NCBI GenBank assembly: GCA_013265495.1 | Contig: MU058844.1 | Location: forward strand, 8,121,260-8,185,259 | Reading direction: 5' to 3' | DNA length: 64,000 bases | Source: Vicugna vicugna | Lineage: Eukaryota | Shown here: positions 50,297 to 63,469 of the stretch, one piece after another | How positions within the stretch are numbered: the first letter of the stretch is position 1 | Layout of the letters: every line of letters begins with the position of its first letter | Notes under the pieces: model-generated | What the model was told of the DNA's origin: nothing | What the model saw: the letters and a program-made list of their open reading frames with translations, nothing else | The model's database searches: none | Position numbers and translations under genes: made by a program

Positions 50297-51554
50297 TAGA
50301 ATCTTTAGGAAGTAGAAGGAGGAAATGACATGCTCAAATTAAACCATTTTCACTCCAACCTCAACCCATGCACCTAAGAAGAATCATCCTGTATAACGTA
50401 AGTTAATGGAGCCCATGATTCTCTCCTGGGAATGGGCAGTATTATCTTTCACTGATTCAACATGTCCACCTGAAAGGCACTGGGCTCTTCAAATTTGCTG
50501 GGTCACACCTTCATTGTGCAGTTAATTAAATATTTTAGCCTCCAAACTTTCCTGCTTCTTTCTTAGACAGAGTAAGCAACAATGTATTTGTCTTCAGCAG
50601 AACAGTTGCCAACATCAATAAAACTTGAAGGAGAGATTTCCCACAATGAGGATTGAGTGTTATGATCCCTTTAAGGGAGGGATAATAGAGAATTCAATTC
50701 CTGACCTCAAACGTCAGAAGAGCTACACTTTCCCCTCCAATGTTAAATGTAAGGGCAGATCCAGCCTCAAGGGAATTCTTATTTGTTTCTTTAAAATCTG
50801 TAAACGTAAAAACATAGTATTTAAAAGAGGATTGTTTTAAACATTTTCAAAGGCAACAATCTTACCACTAATCAGTATAAATTTGATGGACTGCCAAAGG
50901 CATGTTAGGCCATGGATTTCTAAGACTCTGAAGACCACACAGGAAATCCCAAAGAAATCATTATCAAGTAATATAAATCAAGCTACATTTTGCCACAGGG
51001 ATAGACTACAATGCTTTACAGCAACCTCAGCGAAATCAGTAGATGCAGTCTAGCAACAGGGAAGCATACATAGGGTTGCTGGCTGCAAGATGCTAACTAG
51101 AAAAAAGACATTAGGAATATGGACTCAGAAGAGATGGTAGACGCATATGTTACAAAAGTTAAGAGTTCAGAGAAATAACCATGAAGCATTTAAGCCAAGT
51201 GATGAAAGGAATGAAAATAAGGCAAGGATCTGGTTGTTAAATTTCAAGTAAAATCTGAAACTTTGGCAAAGATAATGGAATTAGCATCTGGTCTTTGTAA
51301 TGAAGTGTTTGAGGTTGACCCAGTCATGGAATGAAGCGTAAAAATCAGGAAATGCAAAAATGAAGCGCTTAAACTAAAATGACATACAAGGTCCATAAGA
51401 AAATGGCCAAGCTGTTATCTGGCACATATTACTTTCAGAAAATCCCACTGGTCATCTCAAGTTTACAAGCAGCACCTGCAAGGTCCCCTCCCTCCTTCGT
51501 GCCCTCATACACTATGCTTCACACCTACCTCTTTACATCTAAAGGTGGTTTACA

Positions 51555-51969
51555 TGTATTTAAAAAAAAAAAAGATAAAAGAAACAAACAAGCAGGCCCA
51601 AAATGGCATCACTTGTGCTGAGCTCCAGGACAGCAAACTAAGACAGTATCTAATCAAATCGTAGTTTCAGCCTCTCCCAGTTATGTGACCTTTAACCAGC
51701 CATTCTGGAATTAAGTGATCAGCACTAGTGAGGTAGTCTGCATGACAGACCCCAGCCCTTCCCTCAAAAGAAAGTGACCTTGCCTGAAACAATCCACTTT
51801 TTGTTAGAAATTTGTCTGTTTCCTTCTATCTTCTGTCTATAAGAGCCTTCCATTTTGTACAGCTCCTAGGAACACCTTTCTACATGCTAGATGGGATGCT
51901 GCCCAGCTCATGAATTGCTGAATAAAGCCAGTTAGATCACTAAATTTATTCAGTTGATTTTTTTAAACA
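51555..51969 (+). mobile_element. ERV1-like solo LTR
   Basis: GGCCCAAAATGGCATCACTTGTGCT start motif, CTATAAGAG TATA-like, GAATAAAGCCAGTTAGATC, ends TTTTAAACA. Confidence 0.7.
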
Positions 51970-52291
51970 GCAGCTCCACTTTTATCTTTTCTTCCATATC
52001 GCTGATTCTCAAACTGCCTATTGGATCTTTCCATCTGGATTTCTCAGCAGTACTTTAGACTTAACATTTTTAAAGGTCAATTACTCCTCACCTTCTTAAA
52101 AAAAAAAAAAAGTTCCTCAACCACATCTGACTATTTCTGTGAGAAGCATCTTCATTTTCACTTCTTGCTTACTCCAATATTCATTTGGTTTCAAAATCAA
52201 ATAACTCAAACAACGCCCTGTCTTTTGTATCTGTTCTTTACGTTCTGCTCCTTCCAGTAATAATGGTAATTCTGGCTCTCATTACCTCTTA

Positions 52292-52761
52292 TGTTTGCCA
52301 GCTCAAAATTGGCACTTGCCATCTGCCTCTACAAGGATTAGGTCATTAGCCACTGCAGCCGCTGACCTTCAACACACCTTCAAAGGAGTTCAGGGTCAAG
52401 ATCAGGAAAGGAACAAGGCACTCTGCGCTCTGGGAAAAACTGGCGGAACAACTCTTCAGATAGGCATTTTCAGTTGAAGATTTTATGAGCACAAATTCTT
52501 GTGTATCATCATATCTAGAAAAGCACTAAAATCATTTATGGTGACATCTGCTCCTTGGGACTAGCAGCAAGCCTCTGCCAAAATGTATTTGACTGCACGC
52601 ACCCACCTTCACTCAAACACATAGAACCGCCCTTCCCCCCAATCTCTTTGGAGTAGTTTCTCAGAGCTATCCATGATGCTGTCTCCCGGGCTATAGTCCT
52701 CATTTTGCTCCAAACAAACCTTCGCTCACACCTCTTACATTATGCATTTTTGTCGTCAACA
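52292..52761 (+). mobile_element. ERV1 solo LTR, MER41-like 3' region
   Basis: TG...CA; TTTCTCAGAGCTATC..GATGCTGTCTCCCGGGCTATAGTCCTCA...GTCAACA resembles MER41-group R/U5. Confidence 0.7.
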
Positions 52762-53224
52762 GGTTGATTGCTGAAATGGCCCCTAATTTGTTTCCCGTCT
52801 GATTGTTTTCTATATGCTTCCTTTGTAATCCTCCCAAAATACTACATCAAGATTACATTTCTAAGGCGTGAGATAACTATGGAAGATCCCTGTTTGAACA
52901 CCACCTACAATTTCCTATTCCTTACCAACAAAATACACTTGTTTTGGCTTAATGGGTAGGGTCCTGAACAATCTGTTTCTAGTCTCTTTTTTCTATCTCA
53001 CATTCCTCAACATGCCTATGGTATGTCACATTATAGCCAAACTAGACAAAAAGGATTTCCCCCTAATGCTTTGTACACTTCCATGACAGTTCTCTCTACC
53101 TGGTGATAGTTTCTAGGCTAGAAACATCTCCCTCAAAAGCTTATTACCTCAAAGAAGCCTTTGTCATTCATGCTGAAGAGCAAAGTCTTTCCCTTACTTA
53201 AACTGCTAAGACAGAAACAAGGAG

Positions 53225-53480
53225 TTATAGAAGAGTAGTTAAGACAATGGACTTTGCAAGCCAACCATCGGGATTCTAAAGTTAGCTCTGCTAACCATTT
53301 AGCTGACCATCAAGTTACTTTACAGACCACAGTTTATTCATCTGCAAAGCAGGAATAATAATAATAATAGTAGTAGTAATAATAGTAATAATAATAATAA
53401 TAACAACAACAATAATATTTTAAGGATTGTTATGAGAACTAAACGTACCAGCACCTGATAAGCAACTGCCAGCCATCACC
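53225..53480 (+). mobile_element. MIR containing an (AAT/AGT/AAC)n expansion at 53354-53417
   Basis: TAGTTAAGACAATGGACTTTG...CAGTTTATTCATCTGCAAAG..(AAT)n..AGGATTGTTATGAGAACTAAA. Confidence 0.75.
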
Positions 53481-53789
53481 ATCATCATCATTCCCCATTC
53501 CTTCTGATGGTATAATCAAAATACTGTGACACCAGAGGAAATACGGTTGGTACTACAACTTAATCATCATGAACAACCAGCATTACTAGAATATATGGCA
53601 CATAGGAGCTCAATAAATATTTGCTGGAATTATCCATAAATGAATGATTCTACAAACATGAAATTAATAAGAGATTAAAACTAAGTCTTAAAATTATGGT
53701 AAAAAAAAAATGAGTGCATATAGAAAAGGTAACAGAAAAAATAGAGCTTAAAAGAGTAGGAAGGGTAGGGAAAAAAAATTAACAAGCCC

Positions 53790-55075
53790 AGTACTGTAAA
53801 CTTGCTGCCAGAAAAGCTTATGAAACTGCAGAAACATCATTGATAGATAAAGGAAGGTAGCAGTTTCATGGCAGTGCTCATTAGTCTATGGCCACATATT
53901 GACTGTGCTAAAGATTAAATGGAATATGTCAAGAGTAAGGTGACCAGAATGGTTAAGGACTGAAAAATAAAGCCAAATAAGAAATTTCTGAAAAAAGCAA
54001 ATGGAATATTTAAACTACAAGCGAAAAGCTAAAGAGGAGATAGGACCATTGCCTTAAAATATCTGAATGGTTCTCACTTGGTAAAGGGAATAGCTGGCTT
54101 CTGCGTGGCTTCACAGTGAAAGGCTTAATAAGGGAAAGTGTAATGGAAAGAATGTTTTGACTCAATAATAATAAAACCATGAAAGTTGTGGGTATTCAAA
54201 CAATAAGTGATGAAGAGGGTGTGGAGAAAAGGGAACCCTCCTATACTGCTGGTGGGAATGTAGTTAGGTGCAGCCAGTATGGAAAACAGTATGGAGATTC
54301 CTTTAAAAAAAAAAAAACTGAAAATACACTTACTCTATGATCCATCAATCCCACTTCCGGGCATATATCTGGAAGGAACTCTAATTCAAAAAGATACATG
54401 CACCTCAATATTCATCATATCAGCACTATTTACAATAGCCAAGACCTAAACGTCCATCACAGATGACTAGATAAAGAAGATGTGGTATATTTAAATGATG
54501 GTATACTACTCAGCCATTAAAAAGGATAAAATGCCATTTGCAGCAACATGGATGGACCTGGAGATTGTCATTCTAAGTGAAGTAAGCCAGAAACAGAAAG
54601 AAAAATATCACATGATATCACTTATATGTGGAATCTAAAAAAAAGGGGACACAAATGAACTCATTTACAAAACAAAGACAGACTCACAGACATAAAAAAC
54701 AAACTTATGTTTACCAGAGGGGAATGGGTATGGGAAGCGATAAACTGGGAGTTCAAGATCTGTAGATATAACTACTGTATATAAAATAAACAAAGACCGA
54801 CTCTGCAGCACAGGGAACTATAGTCAACACCTTGTAATGCTATAATGAAAAAGAATATGAAAAGGAATGAATATATATATATAAAACTGAATCACTATGC
54901 TGTATACCAGAAATTAACACAACATTGTAAAGTAACCATACTTCAATTTTAAAAAAATAAAAGGATGTGGGCATATGTGAGACTAGATCAGCCTATTATT
55001 ACACTGTAGTGAGTCCTCCAGAAACACAAGCATTCAAGCAGAAACTAGATAGCATCTGTCAGAAATGCTAGAAAA
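53790..55075 (+). mobile_element. L3/CR1 relic split by the L1 at 54198-54960
   Basis: CTTGCTGCCAGAAAAGCT...GGGTGACCAGAATGGT...GCTAAAGAGGAGAT before the L1 and GTAGTGAGTCCTCCA...CATTCAAGCAGA after it. Confidence 0.55.
54198..54960 (+). mobile_element. 5'-truncated L1 (ORF2 end plus 3' UTR)
   Basis: GGGTGTGGAGAAAAGGGAACCCTCCTATACTGCTGGTGGGAATG...CATACTTCAATTTTAAAAAAA; degenerate TSD TGTGGG(T/C)AT. Confidence 0.93.
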
Positions 55076-55351
55076 TGTTTAAATATACATATTGCCCTAA
55101 GTACTATGTAATGAGTTCTTACACACTGAAAGGGAAAGATAATAGTAAACATTAGTACAGCGAGGCTAAGGAATAAATGAATGTACTAATCCGATACATT
55201 TGTTAAAATCTGAGTTTCCACAGAATGATAAAATTGGGTACACAGTATGATTTCAATCAAGGAAACTATATATATATCAGTTAAATATAATAATCAAAAA
55301 TAAAAACTGTTATTCTAGGGACAGAAGTTATAAATGATTTTAGTGTTTCTT

Positions 55352-56456
55352 TACTTTTTTTTCTTGTGTGTGTATATATATATATATTTATATTTATATA
55401 TTTATATATATATATTTATATATATGTATATATTTACTGAGGTATAGTAAGTTTACAATGTTGTGTCAATTTCTGGTGCACAGTATAATGAATGCTTCAG
55501 TCATACATGAACATACATATATTCATTTTCTTATTCTTTTTCACTATAAGTTACTACAAGATATTGAATATAGTTCCCTGTGCTATATAGTATGAACTTG
55601 CTATTTATCTATTTTATATATATTAGTTAATATCTGAAAATCTCAAACTCCTAATTTATCCCTTCCCACCCCCTTGCCCACCAGTAACCTTAAGTTTGTT
55701 TTCTATGTCTGAGAGTCTGTTTCTGTTTTGTAGATGAGTTCACTAATGTCCTCTTTTAATCTTTTTTTAGATTCCACATATGAGTAATATATATGGTATT
55801 TTTGTTTCTGTTTCTGGTTTACTTCACTTAGAATGACAATCTCCAGGTCCATCCATGTTGCTGCAAATGGCATTATTTTATTCTTTTTTTATGGCTGAGT
55901 AGTATTTCAATGTATAACACAATTTATTTATCCAGTTACCTGTCGATAGACATTTAGGTTGTTTCCATGTCTTGGCTAATGTAAATATTGCTGTTATGAA
56001 CACTGGTACATACATCCTTTTGAATTAAGGTTCCCTCTGGATATATGCCCAGGAGTGGGATTGCTGGATCATATGGTAAGTCTATTTTAGTCTTTTGAGG
56101 ACTCTCCAAACTATTTTCCATACTGACTACACCAAACAACATTCCCATCAGCAGTGTAGGAGGATTCCCTTTTCTCCACAACCTCTCCAGCATTCATCAT
56201 TTGTGGACTTTTGAATGTAGGCCATCCTGATTGGTGTGAGGTGATACCTCATGGTAGTTTTGATTTGCATATCTCTGATAATTAGTGATATTGAGCATTT
56301 ATTCATGTGCCTATTGGCCATTTGTATGTCTTCTTTGGAGAATTGCTTATTTAGGTTTCCTGACCATTTTTGGATTTTTTTTTTATTAAGCTGTATGAGC
56401 TGTTTATATATTCCGGAAATTAAGCCCTTGTCAGTCTCATCTTTTGTAGACATTTT
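55352..56456 (-). mobile_element. 5'-truncated L1 (ORF2 C-terminus plus 3' UTR) with TA-rich degenerate tail
   Basis: ORFs 56148-56453 and 55954-56193 translate as frameshifted L1 ORF2 C-terminus ([12 protein letters not shown]...[13 protein letters not shown]...LPYDPAIPLLGIYP). Confidence 0.95.
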
Positions 56457-58739
56457 CTGTTTCTTAAAATTTGTCTTTAATCATTATAAAATCATGCTTT
56501 AGGTGAGTCACATTTCTTGCTTAAAAGAAAATCTAATTCTCAATATTTTTCTATAGTCTTACAAGATATTTATAAAAGAAATAAGGATAAAAGAAAGTAA
56601 AAAAGGGAAGGAGGGAGGCAGATCAAGCCAGTTGAGGATTTACAATCTAATGTACTCATTGATTTCAATAATCCTTGAGACACTTTTTATCACATATAAA
56701 AGACAGCCTCCAAAATTCCATCTTAACTGTCTTTGACAAAACTATTCCACATGATACAGAAAAATATCCAATAGATTAAGTTACTAAAACTCCACTTGAT
56801 CTTAGTTCTATCCACATTTCAAATCGATCTGATGTCACGTTAAATGCCCCTTCCATTCAAAAGAGTTAGTTAAGTCTCCTGACGGTTTTCATTAGATGGA
56901 CAAGTTGTCGTACAAGCAGATTTCCAGTTGACCATTATTTTAAAGCAATTCCTTGCCTCTTATTGGGTCTTTTTTTAATTCCCCAGAAACTTGGAGGTTT
57001 GTGAATCAATTTTCTTCATATCATCACTATTACAAGAGAGATACAGTTGAAGTAACACCCGAGGACAGCTAGTGTAAGACAACTGCAATAGCTGATTTTA
57101 TTTCTAGCATATTTCAGTCAGACAGATGAAGCAGCCACTGAGAAAGACAAACTAAGGCATCAACATTCTCCTAAAAGGTCAGGTATTTTAAAATAACTTA
57201 GGAAGCAGAGCATGCTACGTATGGAAAAAGTCAAATAAACCTCAAAAAAACACAGTAATGTTACCAATAGCAAGGATTTAACATCAAATGTACATGAAGT
57301 CGTACCATTGCAATTTAAAAAATTGTATTTTGAGTATCTAAAATAATTTGCAAATATATGGAACTTTAGACTTGTCCTATATTTGAAAATAACTGTTTAC
57401 ACAATTTTCCCCAGAGTATTCCTTATACTCATTTACACTAATGATTCTTTTTTGTACTTTTTCTAACACTGATTATGATTTATGCATATTAGGTTGAGAA
57501 ATGTGTATGGTAAGTAGTCAAATTATCATTTGTGAAATCATTCTTGTAAAATTTCGTTCTTGTGAAATACACCATTCTTGTGCAACATATGTATGTAAGA
57601 AATTTGCCAAAGCCTCATTAATTCATTAGAGTACAGTTTTTGTGAGAGCAGATTTTTCTGGATCCCAATGTCTAAAAGGCCTTAGTACTCAGTAAGTGCT
57701 CAATAAATGTTTCCTCCATAAAGTGAATGAAAACCACTTGATTTGTTTTAGAAAAATGTGGTTGGAAAATATAAAATTTCCTACGCTTTAAGGTAGATTT
57801 TATAGGCCCAATTTTGGGATCAATATTCTGTGTGTGAAATGCTTGTTTTGTATTCTAATAGTTCTGCTATTAGTATAAATTATAGCTAATTTCTATGTTG
57901 TTTAAAACAGCTTGCAATGTGGAACTGATATAAACATGGTATCCTTGCTTTTTATATGAAAGATAAAATTTATTCAGTATACTTGAAGAAAAACCAACAT
58001 CTTCCAACATTTGACAATAATCATCATAAGCTTCCTTTGACCAAAGCGGAGGGAAAACACATCCACTTTTACTTTTTTAAAGAAAGTGGTGTGTAAGAAC
58101 AACTGATTATACTTCACTTCTCTCTCATTAAGCATGTATAGACTTTGATTATGAGCAGCATTTTCTCTTCATATACAAAACAAAAGTAAATTATCATTAC
58201 ACATAAGCAAAGCATTCCAGGTTTCTTCAGAAAAGGCTCTGCAGCATATAAATTCTCAGTTTCAGTTCCTCCAAAATGGAAGGAGATTAAGGTGAAATAC
58301 ATCAAAAGGACTGCCCTAATTTAATAATGTTCAATTTATTTAAACCTATACCACAAGTATTTCTATCTAATACAAAAAATAGCTGTGGAAATACTGTACA
58401 TCCCAAGCCTGGAGCTCCTATGTTTCTTCTCAAAGTTTCCAATCCAGAGAAAATTTGTAAAAAAGGATTATTTGTTGTATATTACCCACCCCTGATATGA
58501 ATCCCCAACTCACTGTCACATTCCAGTCCCAAAACCACTAGGCGCCAGGCAACTGGCAAGGACTGATTACATGTACAGAATCTATTCCTGCCTCCAATCC
58601 CTATCTATGCCCAGGGACCGTAAGTTTAAAAAATAAGAAAAAATGCAACTAAGTATTTGCAAGAAGCAATCAAATTTATTTTTTATTTTCTAGTTCCATT
58701 TATATCCTGTATCTTTACACTACTTCTGTGCTTTTGTTC

Positions 58740-59055
58740 CTTCTGTGGCATCATCTCAAGATGCCCATTTCCCCTACAGAAATCTCCTCCTTCAAAATGA
58801 GTTTCAATGCAACTTTCTCCTTAAACCCAACACTGTACCAAGAGGATTTAAGCATTCCTTCTTCTGTGCAGTCAAAAAGTGTGTTACACTTATTTTACTC
58901 CCCTCTGTAGTGTCAGCTCTGTGATGTACTACCAGTCCCTTCCTCCCCAGGTTACAATGACATTAAAAGCAAGATCTGAGGCTTTTTCTTTTTATTTATC
59001 TTATAAAGTACCTAGTATGATACTGAGTAGACATTCAAGAAAAAATTGTTGAACT
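58740..59055 (+). mobile_element. L2 relic
   Basis: CTCCTTCAAAATGAGTTTCAATGCAACTTTCTCC...GTACCTAGTATGATACTGAGTAGACATTCAAGAAA..TTGTTGAA. Confidence 0.55.
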
Positions 59056-59667
59056 GGATTTGGAATTGTCTTCCAGTGTATATTAATTATGTCAATGTAA
59101 ATGACTAGTGATTAGCTGTAATATGTTTTATTTCTCACCATGGATGCTTTCATTTACTATTTCTAAATGCTGGCAGATTTATAAATAAATAATTTCAGAG
59201 TCAATCATTTTCTCTTACGCAGGATAGAAAGTCAATTGAGATATCTTTCTCTTCTCATTAAAATACATCAGTGAGTAACGGATTAAAGAGAGTTAAGAAA
59301 TCTTTTTTTTTTAAATACGCATAGAGAGTAAGAAACCTTGCAAGCAGTGGCTAATACCAAATGGAGAGCAAGATTATATAAAAGTTTTAAGTGTCATTTG
59401 ATATAGTAATGGACAAAACTTCTAGCTTATACAAATTTACACTTAAAAAAGTTAATTACAGAAAACCTATACACAAAAATGTTAACAGAGAAGAAAAATG
59501 TATTATAAAATGAGTTAAAACTGACTAGAAACTCTGCATAGTAAGAAGGCGTGTTATAACTTCTGAACTAAATAGACAAGAAGGGATGACTAAAATTATA
59601 ATTTTGAACTGCACTTGAGATGTAACAAATGGCAGCAGAAAGAAACAGTGGACCAGAAAAGACTCAG

Positions 59668-60312
59668 CCATGTGATCAAGTAATTCCACTTCTGAGTGTA
59701 TATCCAGAGAAAACTATAACTCAAAAAGATACCTGCACCCCAATGTTCACAGCAACACTACTTACAATAGCCAAGACATGGAAACAACCGAAGTGTACAC
59801 CAACTGATGACTAGATGAAGAAGATGCAGCATAAATATACAATAGAATATTACTCTGCCATAAAAATGAATGAAATAATGCCATTGCAGTAACATGGATA
59901 GACCTAGAGATCATCATATTAAGTGTAGTTAAGTTAGACAAATACCTTATGATATCACTTATATGTGGAATCTAAAAAAAATGACACAAATAAACTTACT
60001 TTTAAAACAGAAACAGACTCACAGACATAGAAAACAAACATGGTTGTCAAAGAAGCAAGGGAGTGGGAGGGATAATTAGGAGTTTGGGATTAACAGATAC
60101 ACATCACTCTATATAAAATAGATAAACAACAAGGACCTACTGTTTAGCACACAGAATTATGTTAAATATCTTACAATAACCTATAATGGAAAAGAATCTG
60201 AAAAAGAACATATATATATATGTATGTGTATATGTATAGTTGAATCACTTTGCTGTAAACCCAAAAATTAACACAACATTGTAAATCAACTATACTTCAA
60301 TTAAAAAAAAAA
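59668..60312 (+). mobile_element. 5'-truncated L1
   Basis: ORF 59629-59814 ends in ORF2-like PLLSVYP..KDTCTPMFTATLLTIAKTWKQPKC; full 3' UTR and poly-A; short TSD ending ACTCAG. Confidence 0.93.
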
Positions 60313-61980
60313 CAACAAACTCAGTACAAGTTTTGCCTCCAGTACCTACAGAGGGCCTCCTGGCATGCAGAGGGTGATCTGTAAGTATCTGAACAGTAAA
60401 CAAATGAAAGAAGTGAGAATGGGTAATGCTTGATGATTAATGCATTTGATCTTTCAGTCCAGTTTCCATACTTACAAACCAACAGCAATAATTCTTTTCT
60501 AATTTAGGAATTTTAGAGATTAAGTAAGATTATAAATATAATAGGGATTTTAAAACTACAAAGCAAGGTACAAATAAAAATCATTTTTATAATTAACTTA
60601 TCATTTACATATAGGAATAAAATTATATTGGCAATTTTTTTCAAGTATAATATCAAAAATTCTGGAAAAAAAACTTTTAAAGATAGACGTACACTAATTA
60701 TATTACCATCCCCCCGCTTTTGTTTTCCTGAAGCATATCAAAAAGTTCAGGATGTTTTAGGTAATTTAGTTAATAATCTCCGAGGTATCTGGAATTTTAA
60801 TAAAATTTTAGTTCAATTTATATTCATATAAATTCATATTCATTGCTTTTAAATCCCCAGAGAAGAAGTCACAACCATTTTTTAAAGACTGACTCTAGGG
60901 ATGTCAACTTCTACATCCAATTGAAATAGTAAGTCTTTATAAAACAACATCAAATAAGACTTGAAATTTCTTAGAGCCCATTTTAAGTTAATAATGGGCT
61001 ACTCACTTTCAGATAGCTACAAATATAAATTGGACAATTCTGCTTTAATCATCCATCTGTATTTTAAATAGTTTTACTTTATTTTACTTATATATTCACA
61101 TAAATTCAGAAAATTCCCTTCTAGCCTAAATCTCAACTTAAATACATAAATACATGGATTAGGGTGACTCCAACACTCATCATACCAATATTCTGTTGTC
61201 GGTGCATTTATGATGTCCTAGAATAAATTAGTCTGGATATTTTGTGCTTGTTAGTTATTCCAGTGAGGTGAGTTTTGCCTCATCAGATGCTGTTCCACAT
61301 ACCCTCACTCAATTTGGCCACGCATTCAGAGGTCCTATGTAATTTATCTAAGGTCCAAGAACAGATGGACCTTTATGGAATATTATTTACAGAAATATGC
61401 ACTGCCTCTCAGATTACCCTCTGGCGCATCTAAGTCTACCTTTTGTGCGTATGTCACACATGAAACTTGGACTGCACCATCCACTTTATCTCACAGAGGC
61501 AGCGCTCAGACATGACAAGGAGAGAAAATGGTATTTTCCTAACAATCGATGTTGAGCCAAGGGGATCTAGCTAGCCTCCCTTTTTGCTCCTCAGGAACAA
61601 TACAATTTAGAGGTTTGTTCCTAACAGTCTGTTTTCAGCTTCTCTGCCCCTCCAGTCTTCTGTCAAGGAGTTAATGGTCTGGAAACTAACACTCAAATGC
61701 ACTGGGTGAGACATCTAATTAAAGAAACCCTGGGTGAATCCTTTTATAAAGAAAAATCATTCGGCAATGAACACAATTACCTCCCTATGTGATATTTCAT
61801 GGGTTTAAAAATTGTATATTGAGTAAGATAGCCCATTTGCTTTCTAGAATATTTCTGTTAATTATTTAGAATTTAAAGATTTACCTTCCCATTCCTGAGT
61901 GCTTCAAACAGCCTCTCAGTCATATGGATGAAGGGGCTGTTGATGTACAGAATTCATGTACTGAAGAATGGTGTGTATTT

Positions 61981-62170
61981 TGGCAGATACAAACTACTCT
62001 GTACAGAATAAACAAAGTCCTACTGTATGGCACAGGGAACTATATTCAATAGCTTGTAATAATCTATAGTGAAAAAGAATTTATATATATATATAACTGA
62101 ATCACTATGCTGTACACCAGAAACTAATACAACATTGTAAACCAATTATACTTATTTTTTTAAATGAGGG
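61981..62170 (+). mobile_element. 5'-truncated L1 3' UTR
   Basis: CAGATACAAACTACT...GGCACAGGGAACTATATTCAA...ACATTGTAAACCAATTATACTT; TSD AATGGTGTG(T/C)AT at 61967-61978 and 62174-62185. Confidence 0.88.
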
Positions 62171-63469
62171 GAAAATGGTGTGCATATATGTACCTACATT
62201 CTGCATTTCTTCTTCCCCAGGGAAATAAAATAAATAGAAATGCCAAATACTGTCATTTGAATATTTATTTGATCCTGGTGGGCAAGCTGAAAAGGAACTG
62301 AACTATAGGTATCAAGGAAAATCATAGCCCAAACTCCTAACTACTTGACTCCAGTAATTTTAATTTTACTTACTTGTGTGAGTAATTGAGCCATTTCTTC
62401 TTTTCTTTAAAAAAAAAAAACCTGCTGTTGATGGAAATAATCAAGGGAACAGAATTTTCTGAATCCTTTATCATTTGTGAACCACTTAGGTTGCTGCTCT
62501 CTGACACTGTTTAACTCAACTGCACAAAATAAAAGTCTCAACTTTCCTGGGCCTTCCCTCCCCTGTCCTGCCCCCAGAGCACTCTGTCCACATCCTATGA
62601 TGGTTGAATTGTCTTGTATCTGTTTCCTTTGCTGTCTCTCTCAGTAGACTGAATATGTCTCAAGGATAGGAACTGTATCATTCATCTCTGTAGTCCCAAA
62701 AGTAGCATGAAACAGACCCTCAGTAAAGAGTTGTTGAGTTAATACTGTTTTAATTTCACAGAGCATAACTGATAACAACAATGTAAGACAAAAGCTTAAA
62801 AAAAATGTGGAAAACCAAACATACAAAAGGGCCACCTTGCTTTGTTTACACTGGGTCCTTTCTCAAGTCATAGATCTGGTCAAACTGCTACATGCCTATG
62901 TTTCTGAAGAATGCCAACTTCCAGTGTCTTCAAATGCTGGACTTCTCATAAAAACAAGTTCCATATAAAGACATTTCTGGAAAACAAAGCCTCATTGGAA
63001 TAACTTACTCTTTTTGAAAATTAAGACTTCAACTTTAAATTGGTATCATTTGATCAACAGGTATCAAAGGAGCCCTTGCTTTGTAAAAAGCTCTTTGACA
63101 TTCATGAAGAGGTGAGGCAGGGCAAAAGGCAAATATTTATTTAAGCACCTATTATGTCCCAGACAAAGATTGCCCTTTGTTATTAAAACCCAAATTTAAT
63201 CATCACTGCTTTATAAATTTCCCAGGGGTAAAGAACTCACCTTCTTTAATTATAAACTTCAAGATTTGTCTTTCAGAAACATAGCTTCCAAGTAACAAAA
63301 ATAATACATCAAGACTTTTTCAAACAAGGAAATCCTATAAAATTTTAGGGAAAAAAAGGTCAATATAAGCAGTTTTCACTTTTTTTTTTAACATTTATAA
63401 ACTCCTTAACTTCATATACTTTGATTTGGATCCCCTTCCTCTAGGCCAAAACCGTTTTCTGAAAGGTGG

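Noticed and set aside
55954..56453. Functional L1 ORF2 (also 10199-10384 and 59629-59814)
   Set aside because: 5'-truncated, frameshifted fragments lacking endonuclease and RT domains.
60975..61000. AGCCCATT...AATGGGCT hairpin
   Set aside because: An 8-bp stem is expected by chance in a window this size.
58535..61430. CTCF-like words (CCACTAGGCGCCAG near 58536; reverse GCGCCAGAGGGTA near 61414)
   Set aside because: Each has two mismatches at informative core positions; cannot be supported without a matrix scan or ChIP.
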